Shown here piece after piece: positions 1 through 10,145 of a DNA stretch of 64,000 bases. A program made the position numbers and the translations under genes. Each line of letters begins with the position of its first letter. The stretch's first letter is position 1. Below the pieces are notes generated by a model that saw nothing but the letters and a program-made list of their open reading frames with translations, was not told the origin of the DNA and ran no database searches. Source of the stretch: Acidobacteriota bacterium (GTDB lineage: Bacteria; Acidobacteriota; CAIWXX01); assembly GCA_040755995.1 (NCBI GenBank), contig JBFMAF010000041.1, forward strand, positions 1 to 64,000, written 5' to 3'.

Positions 1-120
1 ACCCTTCTCCAGACCCCGCCCAACGCCCGACGCGCCAGCGAACACCAGGCCACCCTGGGAACGACGACTCACATGAACCCGTCACAAGTACTGTAGGAGG
101 CGCAGTATGAGACACACTCC

Positions 121-567
121 TACGAGGCGGATCCCCTCCTTTGCGACTGCGGCTCGAAGTTCGAGGTCATTTCGGTCATCGAGGCGCGAACGCAGTCGGA
201 TGTCGTCGCGAAAATCTTGAAACACATCAAGTACCAATTCGAGGTTCTGCAGCTGCCGGCACGCGCCCCGCCCGCCTCATTCCTCTCCCCGGAGCCCCAG
301 CCGGACCTCTCTGATTCCTATTACCTGTAGCCCCACCCACAGGTTCTGGCGGGAGAGCTCTGCCCGGCCTCCAGGAGCTCTTGACATCAAGGCACCTCAG
401 CCTTACCCTCTAGCCGTGATCCACCGTCAATCGCCGCAAGTTCATGGTCAAACGCCCCCATCCTCCGTCCCCGGGGACGGAGGATGGGCCTCTCTGCCGT
501 TATCTCCATGCCGGAGTTACTACTTCAGTAGTATTTCCGCTTTCCGGTCGGAAAAGCACGTTCCTAT
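121..567 (+). mobile_element. IS91/ISCR-family remnant (transposase C-terminus, promoter, hairpin, ori-like end), copy 1
   Basis: 121-330 translates YEADPLLCDCGSKFEVISVIE...KILKHI...RAPP*, typical of the IS91-type Y2 transposase C-terminus. No in-frame start (stop at 94-96). Ends in GAAAAGCACGTTCCTAT (551-567) followed by GTTC. Homologous to 3826-4326. Confidence 0.75.
381..409 (+). promoter_or_regulatory. sigma70-like outward promoter in IS91 remnant
   Basis: TTGACA-N17-TACCCT, positionally conserved in copy 2. Confidence 0.6.
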
Positions 568-610
568 GTTCATATACGACGAGGAACGCTAACGCGAGGA
601 GGTACAGGCG

Positions 611-2656
611 ATGCCCGCCCACCGCACCATCAGTTTGGCCACCAGATTGCGAAAGCTGGAGAGGGCTTCTGATAGCTCAGAGTGGATGCCGATCCCACTC
701 CTGGGGTCGCTCGCACTGGGACTTCACTTGGTCTTCACCCTACCCGTCTGTCTTTGCGCGGCCACCTGGACCCATCTCGGGCCCCCAGGCGGTGAGGTCA
801 TTTCCACGATCGTCTACGACGAGGCCGATCCAAGAGTCGTATTCGCAGGCGGCCGGAGCCTGCACAGAAGCGTGAATGGAGGAAGGGATTGGCGCCGGTT
901 GCCTGCGGGGTTAGCAGACCTGGAGAGCGTGAATGCCGTCCTTGTCGACACGCGAGACACCAGGATTGTCCATGTGGGCACGAGCCACCATCGTCTGCTC
1001 AGAAGCGAGGACGGGGGCTCCGCGTGGAGCCTTTGGGCAGAGCTACCTGACTACCCGAATTTCATCGTCAGGGCCCCCGGTGTGAGTGGCTCCTGGTACT
1101 CGTCGCTCGGCAGCCGGGGTTTGTTCAGGAGCACCGATAGTGGCCAGACGTGGCACCCCATGAACCACGGGCTGCCACGGGATCCCTGGGTGACCTGTCT
1201 GGCTGTAGACCCGAAGGATTCCAAGGTGATGTACGTGGGCTTAGGTCGCCGCGGGAAAGAAGGTCATGTATTCAAGAGCACCAACCGAGGGAATACCTGG
1301 AAGACGTCTGCTTCGGGCCTCCCTTTTGGCTGGAGGGGTTGCCAGGCGATTCAGGTCGATCCTGCCGACCCCTCGGTCGTGCTCGTAGCGCTCGGCTATT
1401 CGCTCCCAGCGGCCACTCTGCACAGGTCTACAGATGGTGGACGGACATGGCAACCAGTCAGACGAGGCGCGCCTGATGTTGCGTTCGGCCTGGCCGCCGA
1501 TCCAAAACACCCTGGGACGCTCTTCGCTTACGGATTTGGCGTCTTCAGGTCGTACGACCACGGTGTCACCTGGAGGCGCGCCGACGAAGGCAGTCTTCAC
1601 GATGACAATCCCTTCGTCTCGTGTCTCACCATCCACCCGCGGACGCCACGCTCGCTCCTCGCGGGGCTCTGGTCGGGGGTATATGGCAGCACGGACAGCG
1701 GCACGACCTGGGTGCCGCGCAGAACCGGCCTTGCTACCAGGATGACAGTCGCGGACATTGTTGTTCAGAAGTGGCAGCCGAGAACGCTCTGGGTCGGCTC
1801 GGACCATGGTGTCTACAGAAGCGCCGACGAAGGCGAGTCTTGGTGTGACTCTAACAAGTCTCTGTCGTCCACAGGAGTCACTGCACTGGCAGGCAATCCA
1901 ATCGACCCCAATGTGCTATGGGCGGGAACGGACGGCGCGGGCATCTGGAAATCCAGTGACCGAGGGCTGAGCTGGACTGCTGTCAACGATGGCCTTCCAC
2001 GGGAGTACCAGCGGGGAGCCATCCCTCTGCTGGCAGTCGATCCCACCGACCCCGCGCGCCTCTTTGCGAGAGTGGAGGACTGGGATGCTCCCAGATACGT
2101 GGGTCTGTATCGGAGTACGAACGGCGGCAGGTCCTGGCACCGGCGACTGGTGGACGAGACAAACGGCCGGGTCACGTGCATTTGTTTCAACCCATTCACG
2201 TCCGGGGTGGTCTACGCCGGAGTGGAGGGGGTCGGGATATTCAGGAGCACCGATTGCGGGGACACGTGGCAGCAATCCAACGAGGAGCTTGCGAACCTGT
2301 ATGTGCGAAGTCTGGCCGTGCACCCGTCGGATGGCGACATCGTCTTCGCAGGCACGGAGAGGGGGGTGTTCATCAGCACTGACGCCGGTGTGAGCTGGAG
2401 CCAACGCGGGCTGGCTCGCGAGAGGGTCTTCGCAATCGCAGTCGATCCGCGCTCACCGCACGCCACGTACGCCGGAACGCTAAAGGGTCCATACGTCAGC
2501 CTGGACCGTGGCCGAACATGGATACTTCAAGTCGACGGGTTGAAGAACAGGCAGATTCTCGAAGTCACGATCGATGCCTCGGTTTCGCCAAGCAGAGTCT
2601 ATATCGCTGCCTACCGGGACGGGGTCTTTGAATGCGTGAGTGGAATGGGTCTGTGA
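611..2656 (+). CDS. Secreted BNR/Asp-box repeat beta-propeller protein (VPS10/GH74-like)
   Basis: Many SxDxGxTW Asp-box repeats and a hydrophobic N-terminal signal segment. True start may be the ATG at ~685. Confidence 0.85.
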   Translation: MPAHRTISLATRLRKLERASDSSEWMPIPLLGSLALGLHLVFTLPVCLCAATWTHLGPPGGEVISTIVYDEADPRVVFAGGRSLHRSVNGGRDWRRLPAGLADLESVNAVLVDTRDTRIVHVGTSHHRLLRSEDGGSAWSLWAELPDYPNFIVRAPGVSGSWYSSLGSRGLFRSTDSGQTWHPMNHGLPRDPWVTCLAVDPKDSKVMYVGLGRRGKEGHVFKSTNRGNTWKTSASGLPFGWRGCQAIQVDPADPSVVLVALGYSLPAATLHRSTDGGRTWQPVRRGAPDVAFGLAADPKHPGTLFAYGFGVFRSYDHGVTWRRADEGSLHDDNPFVSCLTIHPRTPRSLLAGLWSGVYGSTDSGTTWVPRRTGLATRMTVADIVVQKWQPRTLWVGSDHGVYRSADEGESWCDSNKSLSSTGVTALAGNPIDPNVLWAGTDGAGIWKSSDRGLSWTAVNDGLPREYQRGAIPLLAVDPTDPARLFARVEDWDAPRYVGLYRSTNGGRSWHRRLVDETNGRVTCICFNPFTSGVVYAGVEGVGIFRSTDCGDTWQQSNEELANLYVRSLAVHPSDGDIVFAGTERGVFISTDAGVSWSQRGLARERVFAIAVDPRSPHATYAGTLKGPYVSLDRGRTWILQVDGLKNRQILEVTIDASVSPSRVYIAAYRDGVFECVSGMGL

Positions 2657-2793
2657 GATCCCTCCGGCGGCCAGCCACAGAAGGAGAACAGTTCCTTCGC
2701 AGTCACGGGCCGTGACATCGAGGCACGCGCATTTATGAGCGGCGAGCGTAGAGGCGGCGCTGAAAGGAAGAAGGAGCGGCTCAGAGCGCTCCT

Positions 2794-3129
2794 CTACCTA
2801 GCCGATACACGCACCGCCTCCGGATCGTGTGCGAAGTCGAAAGACAGAACCCAACCGCGCAGGTCGAAGCGCATGAACACACTATCGGCTGCTTTGAAAA
2901 CGCGAGACTCTACGCCAGGCGTCTTGTCATCAGCGAGCGACCCTTCGTAATTCTGCCGGACGGACTGTTCCTGCCCTGCGTTTAGTCCCGAAAAAGTATA
3001 CGCACCACCCACAAACAGAATAGCCACGCACCGGTCACCCCACGGCTCGCCCGCGACCCCTGCGGGAAATGCGGCGGGATTCTTCAGATAGCGTTCTCCG
3101 AAGCTCAGGAGATCCTCCTGCACAGCCAT
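2794..3129 (-). pseudogene. Probably truncated hypothetical protein coupled to the S24/S26 peptidase gene
   Basis: MAVQEDLLSFGERYL... overlaps the peptidase stop and ends abruptly at TAG. Confidence 0.4.
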
Positions 3130-3488
3130 CGGCAGGCGAGTCGAAGAAAACGGCCAGTGGCCTGAACACGCCTCCAGGCTGGAACAGGTCCGGTCTTCCC
3201 GATGACGCTGCCGAAGGAAACAGGCGAATCCGGAGCCTCGCACGTGTCGGCCTGCGTAATCAAACGGAGTCCGCACGTGCCGGGAAAATATCCAATCACC
3301 CGATGCACGCGCAGTTGATTGCATGCGTTGACGTATGCGATCACATCGCCGGGCCAGTACCAGCGCGATGCGCGGACGCTGACGACGGCGCCGTCCTGCA
3401 GAACCGGCGCCATGCATTGTCCCGAGACCCGCATCGGGAGATCCTCGCCCTCAGCAAATGACCTCAAGAGAACGGCGGAATCGCTCAT
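3105..3488 (-). CDS. S24/S26 family peptidase-like protein
   Basis: RVSGQCMAPVLQDG...PGDVIAY...RVHRVI...TQAD motifs; the catalytic Ser position is Cys. Confidence 0.7.
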   Translation of the reverse strand: MSDSAVLLRSFAEGEDLPMRVSGQCMAPVLQDGAVVSVRASRWYWPGDVIAYVNACNQLRVHRVIGYFPGTCGLRLITQADTCEAPDSPVSFGSVIGKTGPVPAWRRVQATGRFLRLACRWLCRRIS

Positions 3489-3825
3489 TCGCGGTTCACC
3501 CCGACTTCCCATCGTGACGGGATTGGAAAGTGCCTTTCGCACTGACACAACGGAGATCGCCAGACGTTCCTCCCATTCGCATTCTACGGCCATGGAAACC
3601 CGCACTTCAAGCGGCTGAGGGGCCGGGTATCGTCGATCGCCTTGTTGAATCCGGCCTCGGTACGCTGGCAAGACAGCTCGGCGCGGGGCCTTTCCAAGCG
3701 GTGGTGCCGCGGGGTTTCATGGAGCGGTGGGTGCGCTAGTCGGTCGACGTCGAGGCCTTCGTCGAGAGGGTGATGCGGGGAAGGGTCGTAGAAAGACGGC
3801 TCCTTGAGGAGACTGCATAGGGCAG

Positions 3826-4326
3826 GAGCAATGGAGACGCCGAAACAGAAGGGCGTGGGCTCGTCTGATTCAGCAGGTATTGGAGGCGGCCCCCCTCCTT
3901 TGCGACTGCGGCTCGAAGCTCGAGATAACATCGGTCATTGAGGCGCACACCCAGAGCGACGTGGTCGCCAAGATACTCAAGCACATCAAGTACCAGTTCG
4001 AGGTTCTAGAGCTGCCGGCTCGTGCTCCCCCCGTCTCATCGCTCTCCCCAGAACCCGAGCCCGGCTTCTCAGAATCCTACTACCAGTAACCCCCACTCAA
4101 GGGCTCCCGCGGGAGATCTCTGCCCCGTTTTCGATAACACTTGACCTCCTGCCGCCTCAGTTATATCCTCCGACCGTGACCAGCCGGCGCTCCCAGCAAC
4201 TTTGCCGCCAAACGCCCCCATCCTCCGTCCCCGGGGACGGATGATGGCTGTATGCACTCCGTCCAGAGACACATGCTGCTACTCCAGTAGTAATTCCGAC
4301 ATCCGACGCGAAAAGCAAGTTCATAT
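3826..4326 (+). mobile_element. IS91/ISCR-family remnant, copy 2
   Basis: RRAWARLIQQVLEAAPLLCDCG...RAPP* (ends 4089), promoter at 4141-4169, hairpin TCCGTCCCCGGGGACGGA, end GAAAAGCAAGTTCATAT at 4310-4326. Confidence 0.75.
4141..4169 (+). promoter_or_regulatory. sigma70-like outward promoter in IS91 remnant copy 2
   Basis: TTGACC-N17-TATCCT. Confidence 0.6.
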
Positions 4327-4647
4327 GTCGCAGCTGAAGGATGTGACCGGGTTGGACCGCCTCATGCGGCGCGGCAGGGCGCCGTGTCACAGAGAGCTGA
4401 AGCTCACTGCCGCATCCCACAACCTCCCGAAGCTATGGCGGAGGCTCGCCGAAAAGGGCCGGAAGTTGGGGGGCAGAAGTTGTCCTACCAGGATCCGGAA
4501 GAGCCTTGAATCAGACAGTGCGCTAAGGGCTGGAGTTCTCTCATACCCGCACCGGCATGGCAAGACAACCAGCCTTCCTCAACCTCAGACAACCGCCGCT
4601 GAGTCCCGCAACGGGCTCATCGGTGCCGGAGTAGAAAGGAGAGAGAC

Positions 4648-7600
4648 ATGAACGGGAAACGGTCAAGCAGCGGTGGGTCAAGGATACTCTGGGCAGGGGC
4701 GTTCCTCGCGGGGATTCTGGCGCTCGGCCTCCCGGCGGCGGTCCATGCCCAGGACACGATGATCCCCCGCCCGGGCACTCGGGTCATCGACCCGCTGTAT
4801 CTAGAATCTCGGACCAAGGGGATGTATTACGCGGGCTCCTCATGGATGCTGTTGAACCTCTTTCCGGAGAATACGATCCAAGTGGCTCAGCATGTAGATT
4901 ACGATTGGGTGAAAGACAAGTCGATTACCCTCCCCGCGACCGCCATTGGCGGCCTCGGCGGATGCGTGTACAACGGCCTCATTTATGGCTTCTACGTGGA
5001 TATTGCGGGTTATCTCTGGTGCTTCACGGTGGATCCGGCCTCCTGGACGATCGCCCCGATCACGATCATCGCGTACCAACCCGGCAACGATGGGTGCGCC
5101 GCGGTCGTCTGCGGGGACAGCCTATGGGTCTTCACCAACCGAGGGTTCTTCACATCCTCGGACGGCCAAAATTTCACCTTCGCCGGGAGCCGCTGGTGGT
5201 GGGAGGGGAGCTCGGGACCCGCCCAGATTCTGGACGCCATCACCTTCTATCCGCTGGAGGGCCCCGCTCAGATCATGATCGTCTACCAAAATGCCAACGA
5301 GCCCTCCGACCTCGTTGCAACGATCTTCGATCCGGGGACACAGGCCGCGGCCAGCCAGCCCGCGCCTTTGCCGTTTACTTCGCCGTTTGGCCAGCTTCTG
5401 GTGCCGCAGCTTACGTCAGGCCAGCTTCTTCTAGGTACGTTCGGAGGCTTCGCATGGCCAGCGGGCGAGAAGGCGCCCTGTGTCCAGTTCTACGGCCAGG
5501 CCTATGACTTCAACACCAATATAGGCAGCCAGGGGCGCTGGGAGTACAACCTCGTGGACAAGAGGTGGTCGTTCAATGACATAACTAAGCCATCCAACGG
5601 CTGGCTTCAGGTCACTCCGGTCTTCGCGCATCATGACGCCGAGACGGGCGCCATGCAGATGATGCATCTTCTCAATTTTGAGAACTACGGTTGCTTTTCT
5701 GTCGACTCTGACTGGATGGTCCCCCAGAACTACGACTCCGCCCCCAATGGTTATGGCTGGGCCGGGCTGCCCACGCCGACGCAGAACGCGATATCCGACT
5801 CCGATACCGACAAGCAGTTGAGGAGCCTGTGGACGCTCGTCGGCATCGTCCTCGGGCCTCCCCCCTTCGCCCTGAATGGCGCCAGCGACGCAAGCGGCAT
5901 TTCATCGGTCGTGTATGCCACCGATAGCAGCACTACCATCACCTCGACGGAGACGGTCTCGAAATCGGTCAGCGTCGCCTCCAATAACCAGATCAAGGCG
6001 GGATTCGGTAAACTCAGCCTCGACCTGAGCTACGCCCACGGCTGGACCTCCAGCAACGGCGCCAGCCAAACCGTGGATGTCCAGACCCAGTACACCTTCG
6101 GGCCCCAGGACGAAACGCCGCCCGCACAGGGTGTTCACGGCTGGGCCATCTTCTACGCGCCGGTCGTGGTATCGCAGTGGTACAAACTCTACGCCTACGA
6201 CAAGACCACCTACCTCAACCAGGACCTGTACGCCACCAGCGTCGGGGACGCGAAGACGCATGTGGCCTATTTCTCGCTGGCGAACCCCTCCGACGGGAGT
6301 ATCCCGGGGCTCTTCGACGGGTTCCCCCTCTATCCCGCTTCCACCGACCTCGCGAGTTGGAAGCAAATTCAGAACTGGAACGCGGGAGGATCCGATTGGG
6401 ATGTGATCTTCGGGGACCAGTCGAATCCGTCGGTGGAGAGCCTCGACCAGGGCACTACCACCAGCGTCGCGTACACCGAGAGCGACACGAGCACGCAGTC
6501 CACGGGCAACAGCAACAGCTTTTCGACCAGCGCGGGCGCTTCCTTCAACCTCTTCGGAGGCTTCTCCTCGGGGGTCACCGTGGGGTACGACGCAGACTAC
6601 TCCACGAGCACGGAGGTCGATTCCACCATCTCGAAAGGCATCACGTGCACCCTGGCCATGCCCATCCCCGAAAACCCGGGCGACGTGACAGGCCTCGAGG
6701 TCCAGCCGTACTGGCTCATGGCAAAGAGCACCGACGCTCCCTGGATTCCCCCTGACTATAGTGGCAACCTCCCCTGGTGCCTCACGTGGAATGTCACGGG
6801 TTACGGGACGCTAGGCGGCACCACCGCCGGCCTCGCCTCTGGGCCGAGGTCTGCCTCGGGAACGATCTACCACGGCACAGATAAGAAGAAGGACACCTAC
6901 ACGCTCACCGGTGGGCGCCTGCGATGGCGGGATTCCGACGGCCTGGAAACCCCCCTTCCCCTCACGGCAGACCAGTTCGATCCCTCGAAGGGAGCCACGG
7001 TGGAGATCGGGGGGCATGCCTTCCCCGCTGACGGCTCCCAGGGCAATTGGGTTCGAAAGGGCGATACCTGGACATACAGGACACGGGACGGCGTCAAGAG
7101 GGACCCGTTCACGCTGCTGCTGGATTTTGCGAACCAAACCTGGTCCTTTGACGGCAGCTCCAAGAACCTGGACCAGGAGATCCTGACGGCCGATGGAGAG
7201 GTGCGCATCGAGCTGGAGGTGGAGGGGACCTACCGGTTCTCCACCTGGCTGAAGCACGACGTGGATACCGAGTGGAGCCACACCGAAAAGAAGGCCGGCA
7301 GGCAGCCCTACCGCGTCCATGGGGTAGACGGGGCTTACAACTCGGCCACTGGCGCCGGACACGTGAAACTGAGAGGACGCATCCCAGAGACGGTGGATTC
7401 CTTCGGCGATGTGGAGATTCGGATCAACGGCTCGGGCGTCAGGATACCCCTCTTGAGCCTCGACGGATTTCTCGACGACCTGCACCGCGGGAGAGAGGTG
7501 AATTACGAGAGCCATGGCCTCTCCTTTGAAATCGACTTCCAAACAGGCAAGTGGAAGGCGACCATCGAGCGCGCCCACTTCCGGAGCGACATGGCCCCGA

Positions 7601-7704
7601 AGAAGGGGGCGATGAGAGTGCAGGTCCTGGTGGGTGGCCGGTCCTTCAGCGACCAGACCTTCCAGCTCAAGAAGCACCGGACGGACCTGAGTTACAGCCG
7701 GTAA
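4648..7704 (+). CDS. Large secreted hypothetical protein with two Ser/Thr-rich beta-hairpin-like segments and a basic C-terminal region
   Basis: 1018-aa ORF, RBS AAGGAG, signal peptide ending AVHA|Q. Confidence 0.85.
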   Translation: MNGKRSSSGGSRILWAGAFLAGILALGLPAAVHAQDTMIPRPGTRVIDPLYLESRTKGMYYAGSSWMLLNLFPENTIQVAQHVDYDWVKDKSITLPATAIGGLGGCVYNGLIYGFYVDIAGYLWCFTVDPASWTIAPITIIAYQPGNDGCAAVVCGDSLWVFTNRGFFTSSDGQNFTFAGSRWWWEGSSGPAQILDAITFYPLEGPAQIMIVYQNANEPSDLVATIFDPGTQAAASQPAPLPFTSPFGQLLVPQLTSGQLLLGTFGGFAWPAGEKAPCVQFYGQAYDFNTNIGSQGRWEYNLVDKRWSFNDITKPSNGWLQVTPVFAHHDAETGAMQMMHLLNFENYGCFSVDSDWMVPQNYDSAPNGYGWAGLPTPTQNAISDSDTDKQLRSLWTLVGIVLGPPPFALNGASDASGISSVVYATDSSTTITSTETVSKSVSVASNNQIKAGFGKLSLDLSYAHGWTSSNGASQTVDVQTQYTFGPQDETPPAQGVHGWAIFYAPVVVSQWYKLYAYDKTTYLNQDLYATSVGDAKTHVAYFSLANPSDGSIPGLFDGFPLYPASTDLASWKQIQNWNAGGSDWDVIFGDQSNPSVESLDQGTTTSVAYTESDTSTQSTGNSNSFSTSAGASFNLFGGFSSGVTVGYDADYSTSTEVDSTISKGITCTLAMPIPENPGDVTGLEVQPYWLMAKSTDAPWIPPDYSGNLPWCLTWNVTGYGTLGGTTAGLASGPRSASGTIYHGTDKKKDTYTLTGGRLRWRDSDGLETPLPLTADQFDPSKGATVEIGGHAFPADGSQGNWVRKGDTWTYRTRDGVKRDPFTLLLDFANQTWSFDGSSKNLDQEILTADGEVRIELEVEGTYRFSTWLKHDVDTEWSHTEKKAGRQPYRVHGVDGAYNSATGAGHVKLRGRIPETVDSFGDVEIRINGSGVRIPLLSLDGFLDDLHRGREVNYESHGLSFEIDFQTGKWKATIERAHFRSDMAPKKGAMRVQVLVGGRSFSDQTFQLKKHRTDLSYSR

Positions 7705-7992
7705 AGCGCCCCCTCTGTAGCGGCATAGACGGTAGGCAGGAGCGGGTCCGGGAGGAGGACATAAGGCTTACGGAGTTGATTTCTGTCGAGGGAGAGATCA
7801 CCAGAGAGGGACTCACGCAGAGGGCGCGAAAGTGCCTGGAGGAGCCCGGCACGGGGGCAACGAGTCGCTGCAACGGCCCGACGAGACGCCGGTCGGGGTG
7901 CAGTCTACGGCCACGCCTCGCCACTCAGTGGTCGAGTGCCCGACTTCCGTCTCCCCGCGGATCAGATCCTCCGGCCGTCCACTGGGATGGGG

Positions 7993-9261
7993 CTAGCGCT
8001 TCTCACGGCTCCCCGCTTTTTTCGAGTAGCCGGAAGCCAACTCTAGTTCCTGGAACAGGCGGTAGTACTTCTCGACACCTGCGTTGCGGTCAAACTCGAG
8101 CGCGGCAGCGCGCGCATTCTCCCCCATTCGGCGTCTCATCTCTGGATCACGATATAGTTCCAGGATACACGCGGCCATGGCAGGAGCATTGCCCGGAGGA
8201 GCGGTCAGACCGCATTCGTAGCGCCGAGTGATCTGGACCACCTCCGATTCTTCCTCCGCGGATGCAACATACGGGCGTCCCGCCGCAAGGATACCGTAAA
8301 GCTTGCTGGGCACAATGTAACCCGCCATTCCTTCCCTCAAGGAAACCAGGAACAGGTCGGCTGCGGCGAACGATTGGGCGAGTTCCTGCTTGGGCGTATA
8401 TGGCAGGAACATGACATTGGTGAGCCGCAGCGACTCCACCCTCTGCTGCAAAGAAGGCTTCTTGGCGCCGTCGCCCACGAAGATCACGACAATCTCGCGA
8501 TGCTCCCGCAACAATGCGGCCGCGTCCACGACCGTTTCCAGGGCTTGGGACAGGCCGATATTCCCGGAGTGCATCACCACGAACCTGTCTGCTAACCCGT
8601 GTGCCTCCGTGAACGGATTCCGCTTGGGACCCGGCGTAATTCCCTGGCAATCGGCCCAGTCCGGAATGATCAAGACTCGTTGCGGGTCCGCTCCCTTGCC
8701 TTCGATGAGGCGGCGGCTCATGGTGCTGCCGAGAGAGATCACCCGATCGGCGTGTTGGGTCAGGAAGCAGTTGACACTCTGCAGGATGCGTTCGACCAGC
8801 GGACTCTGGAAGTCTTCGAGGAGGCGGACGACTTCAGGGAAGATGTCCCTGTAGGACATGACAAACGGGGCTCGGAAACGCTTCGCTGCAAGCCAGGCCG
8901 CCAGCCCGATGATCGGCGGGTCGGTGAGAGCCACGACAATATCCGGATTGTCGACACTCAGCCCTGTCCAGCAGGCTGAAAGAAAATAGCTGACGTAGTT
9001 GGAGAAACGCCCGATAAAACGGCGCTTGGAATAGCGTGTACCACGGGCGCGAAGGACCGCGACGCCATCGTGCGCTTCCTGGGAAAAGAGCAGACCTTTC
9101 GAGAGCCGCGTCGTGCCGATGGAGGGATTCAGCGGAGCTCCGGCAACCACCGTGACCCGGCAGTTGTAGTTCCGGACAAGCGCTTCGCAAAGCTCCGTGA
9201 GGAGCTGTCCCGTCGCAGTGGTGTCAGGGTAGTAGGAGCGGTTGAAGAAAGCGACGTGCAC
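7993..9261 (-). CDS. Glycosyltransferase family 4 (WbuB/WcaI-like)
   Basis: YYPD..ATGQLLTEL, HSGNIGLSQ and VPSKLYGILAAGRP motifs. Confidence 0.9.
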   Translation of the reverse strand: MHVAFFNRSYYPDTTATGQLLTELCEALVRNYNCRVTVVAGAPLNPSIGTTRLSKGLLFSQEAHDGVAVLRARGTRYSKRRFIGRFSNYVSYFLSACWTGLSVDNPDIVVALTDPPIIGLAAWLAAKRFRAPFVMSYRDIFPEVVRLLEDFQSPLVERILQSVNCFLTQHADRVISLGSTMSRRLIEGKGADPQRVLIIPDWADCQGITPGPKRNPFTEAHGLADRFVVMHSGNIGLSQALETVVDAAALLREHREIVVIFVGDGAKKPSLQQRVESLRLTNVMFLPYTPKQELAQSFAAADLFLVSLREGMAGYIVPSKLYGILAAGRPYVASAEEESEVVQITRRYECGLTAPPGNAPAMAACILELYRDPEMRRRMGENARAAALEFDRNAGVEKYYRLFQELELASGYSKKAGSREKR

Positions 9262-9263
9262 GG

Positions 9264-10145
9264 TCAGCTCTCGGTCATGCGCTCCGCCGGATGCGCCTCG
9301 CTCTTGAGGAGCTCTTCCAACCGGACATCAACAACCAGGCGAAACCAGAAGGATTGCAGGAAGTGGAATACGAACCCGGTCTTGCCGTCGAGAAAGCCTA
9401 ACAGTATGAAGTATCTGTAGAAGAAATACAGTGCGGGACGGATGTAGAGCGGAAGCCTGTAGTAAATGGACTTCATCCACAGGACCTTTTGGTCGGGGGT
9501 TCCGGGGAATCGTGGCTGCGTCTTGAATTGCATCCCCGATTTCCGTCGCCGCTGTTCCTCCCGCGCAAAAGCGCGCGCATACCGAATGTGCTTTTCAAGA
9601 TAGAAGAGAATCTCGCGTTCCTTGGCGTTGTCTTCCACCAGCCAGGCTCCCAGCTTGGCTGTTCTTCCGTCTACATACACACGCGTGTCTTCTTCCTCCG
9701 GATCCAACCGGCTTACGGATCTGCGAAACAGCTTCAACAGGTACTTGGAGCCGTAGCCGCCGTGCCGGATCCACTTGCCTCGAAACATCTGCTTCCGTCG
9801 GATGTAAAAGCCGCTTTCCTGGATGTCCTTGCGCGCGAGCAGCGTCTGCAGCTCGCGCCGCAGCTCGGGGGTCACCTCCTGGTCCGCCTCCAGGATCAGC
9901 ACCCACTCGTTCCGGAAAGGCAGATGCTCCAATCCCCACTGAAAAATCCACGGGATGATCTTGCCCTCCTCGTAGGGCAGCGTTACCACCTCGGCATATT
10001 CGCGCGCAATCTCCACCGTTCGGTCCGTGTTCTCCGAGTCGATCACAAACACCTGATCCACCCATCCGCTTACAGACCGCAGACACTTGCCGACATTCCC
10101 TTCCTCATTCCTCGTCGTCACAACGACAGCAAGTTCGCTGATCAC
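9264..10145 (-). CDS. Glycosyltransferase family 2
   Basis: VVVTTRNEE, IDSENTDRT, ILEADQ, LLGFLDG; GTG start overlaps the upstream stop (GTGA). Confidence 0.85.
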   Translation of the reverse strand: MISELAVVVTTRNEEGNVGKCLRSVSGWVDQVFVIDSENTDRTVEIAREYAEVVTLPYEEGKIIPWIFQWGLEHLPFRNEWVLILEADQEVTPELRRELQTLLARKDIQESGFYIRRKQMFRGKWIRHGGYGSKYLLKLFRRSVSRLDPEEEDTRVYVDGRTAKLGAWLVEDNAKEREILFYLEKHIRYARAFAREEQRRRKSGMQFKTQPRFPGTPDQKVLWMKSIYYRLPLYIRPALYFFYRYFILLGFLDGKTGFVFHFLQSFWFRLVVDVRLEELLKSEAHPAERMTES

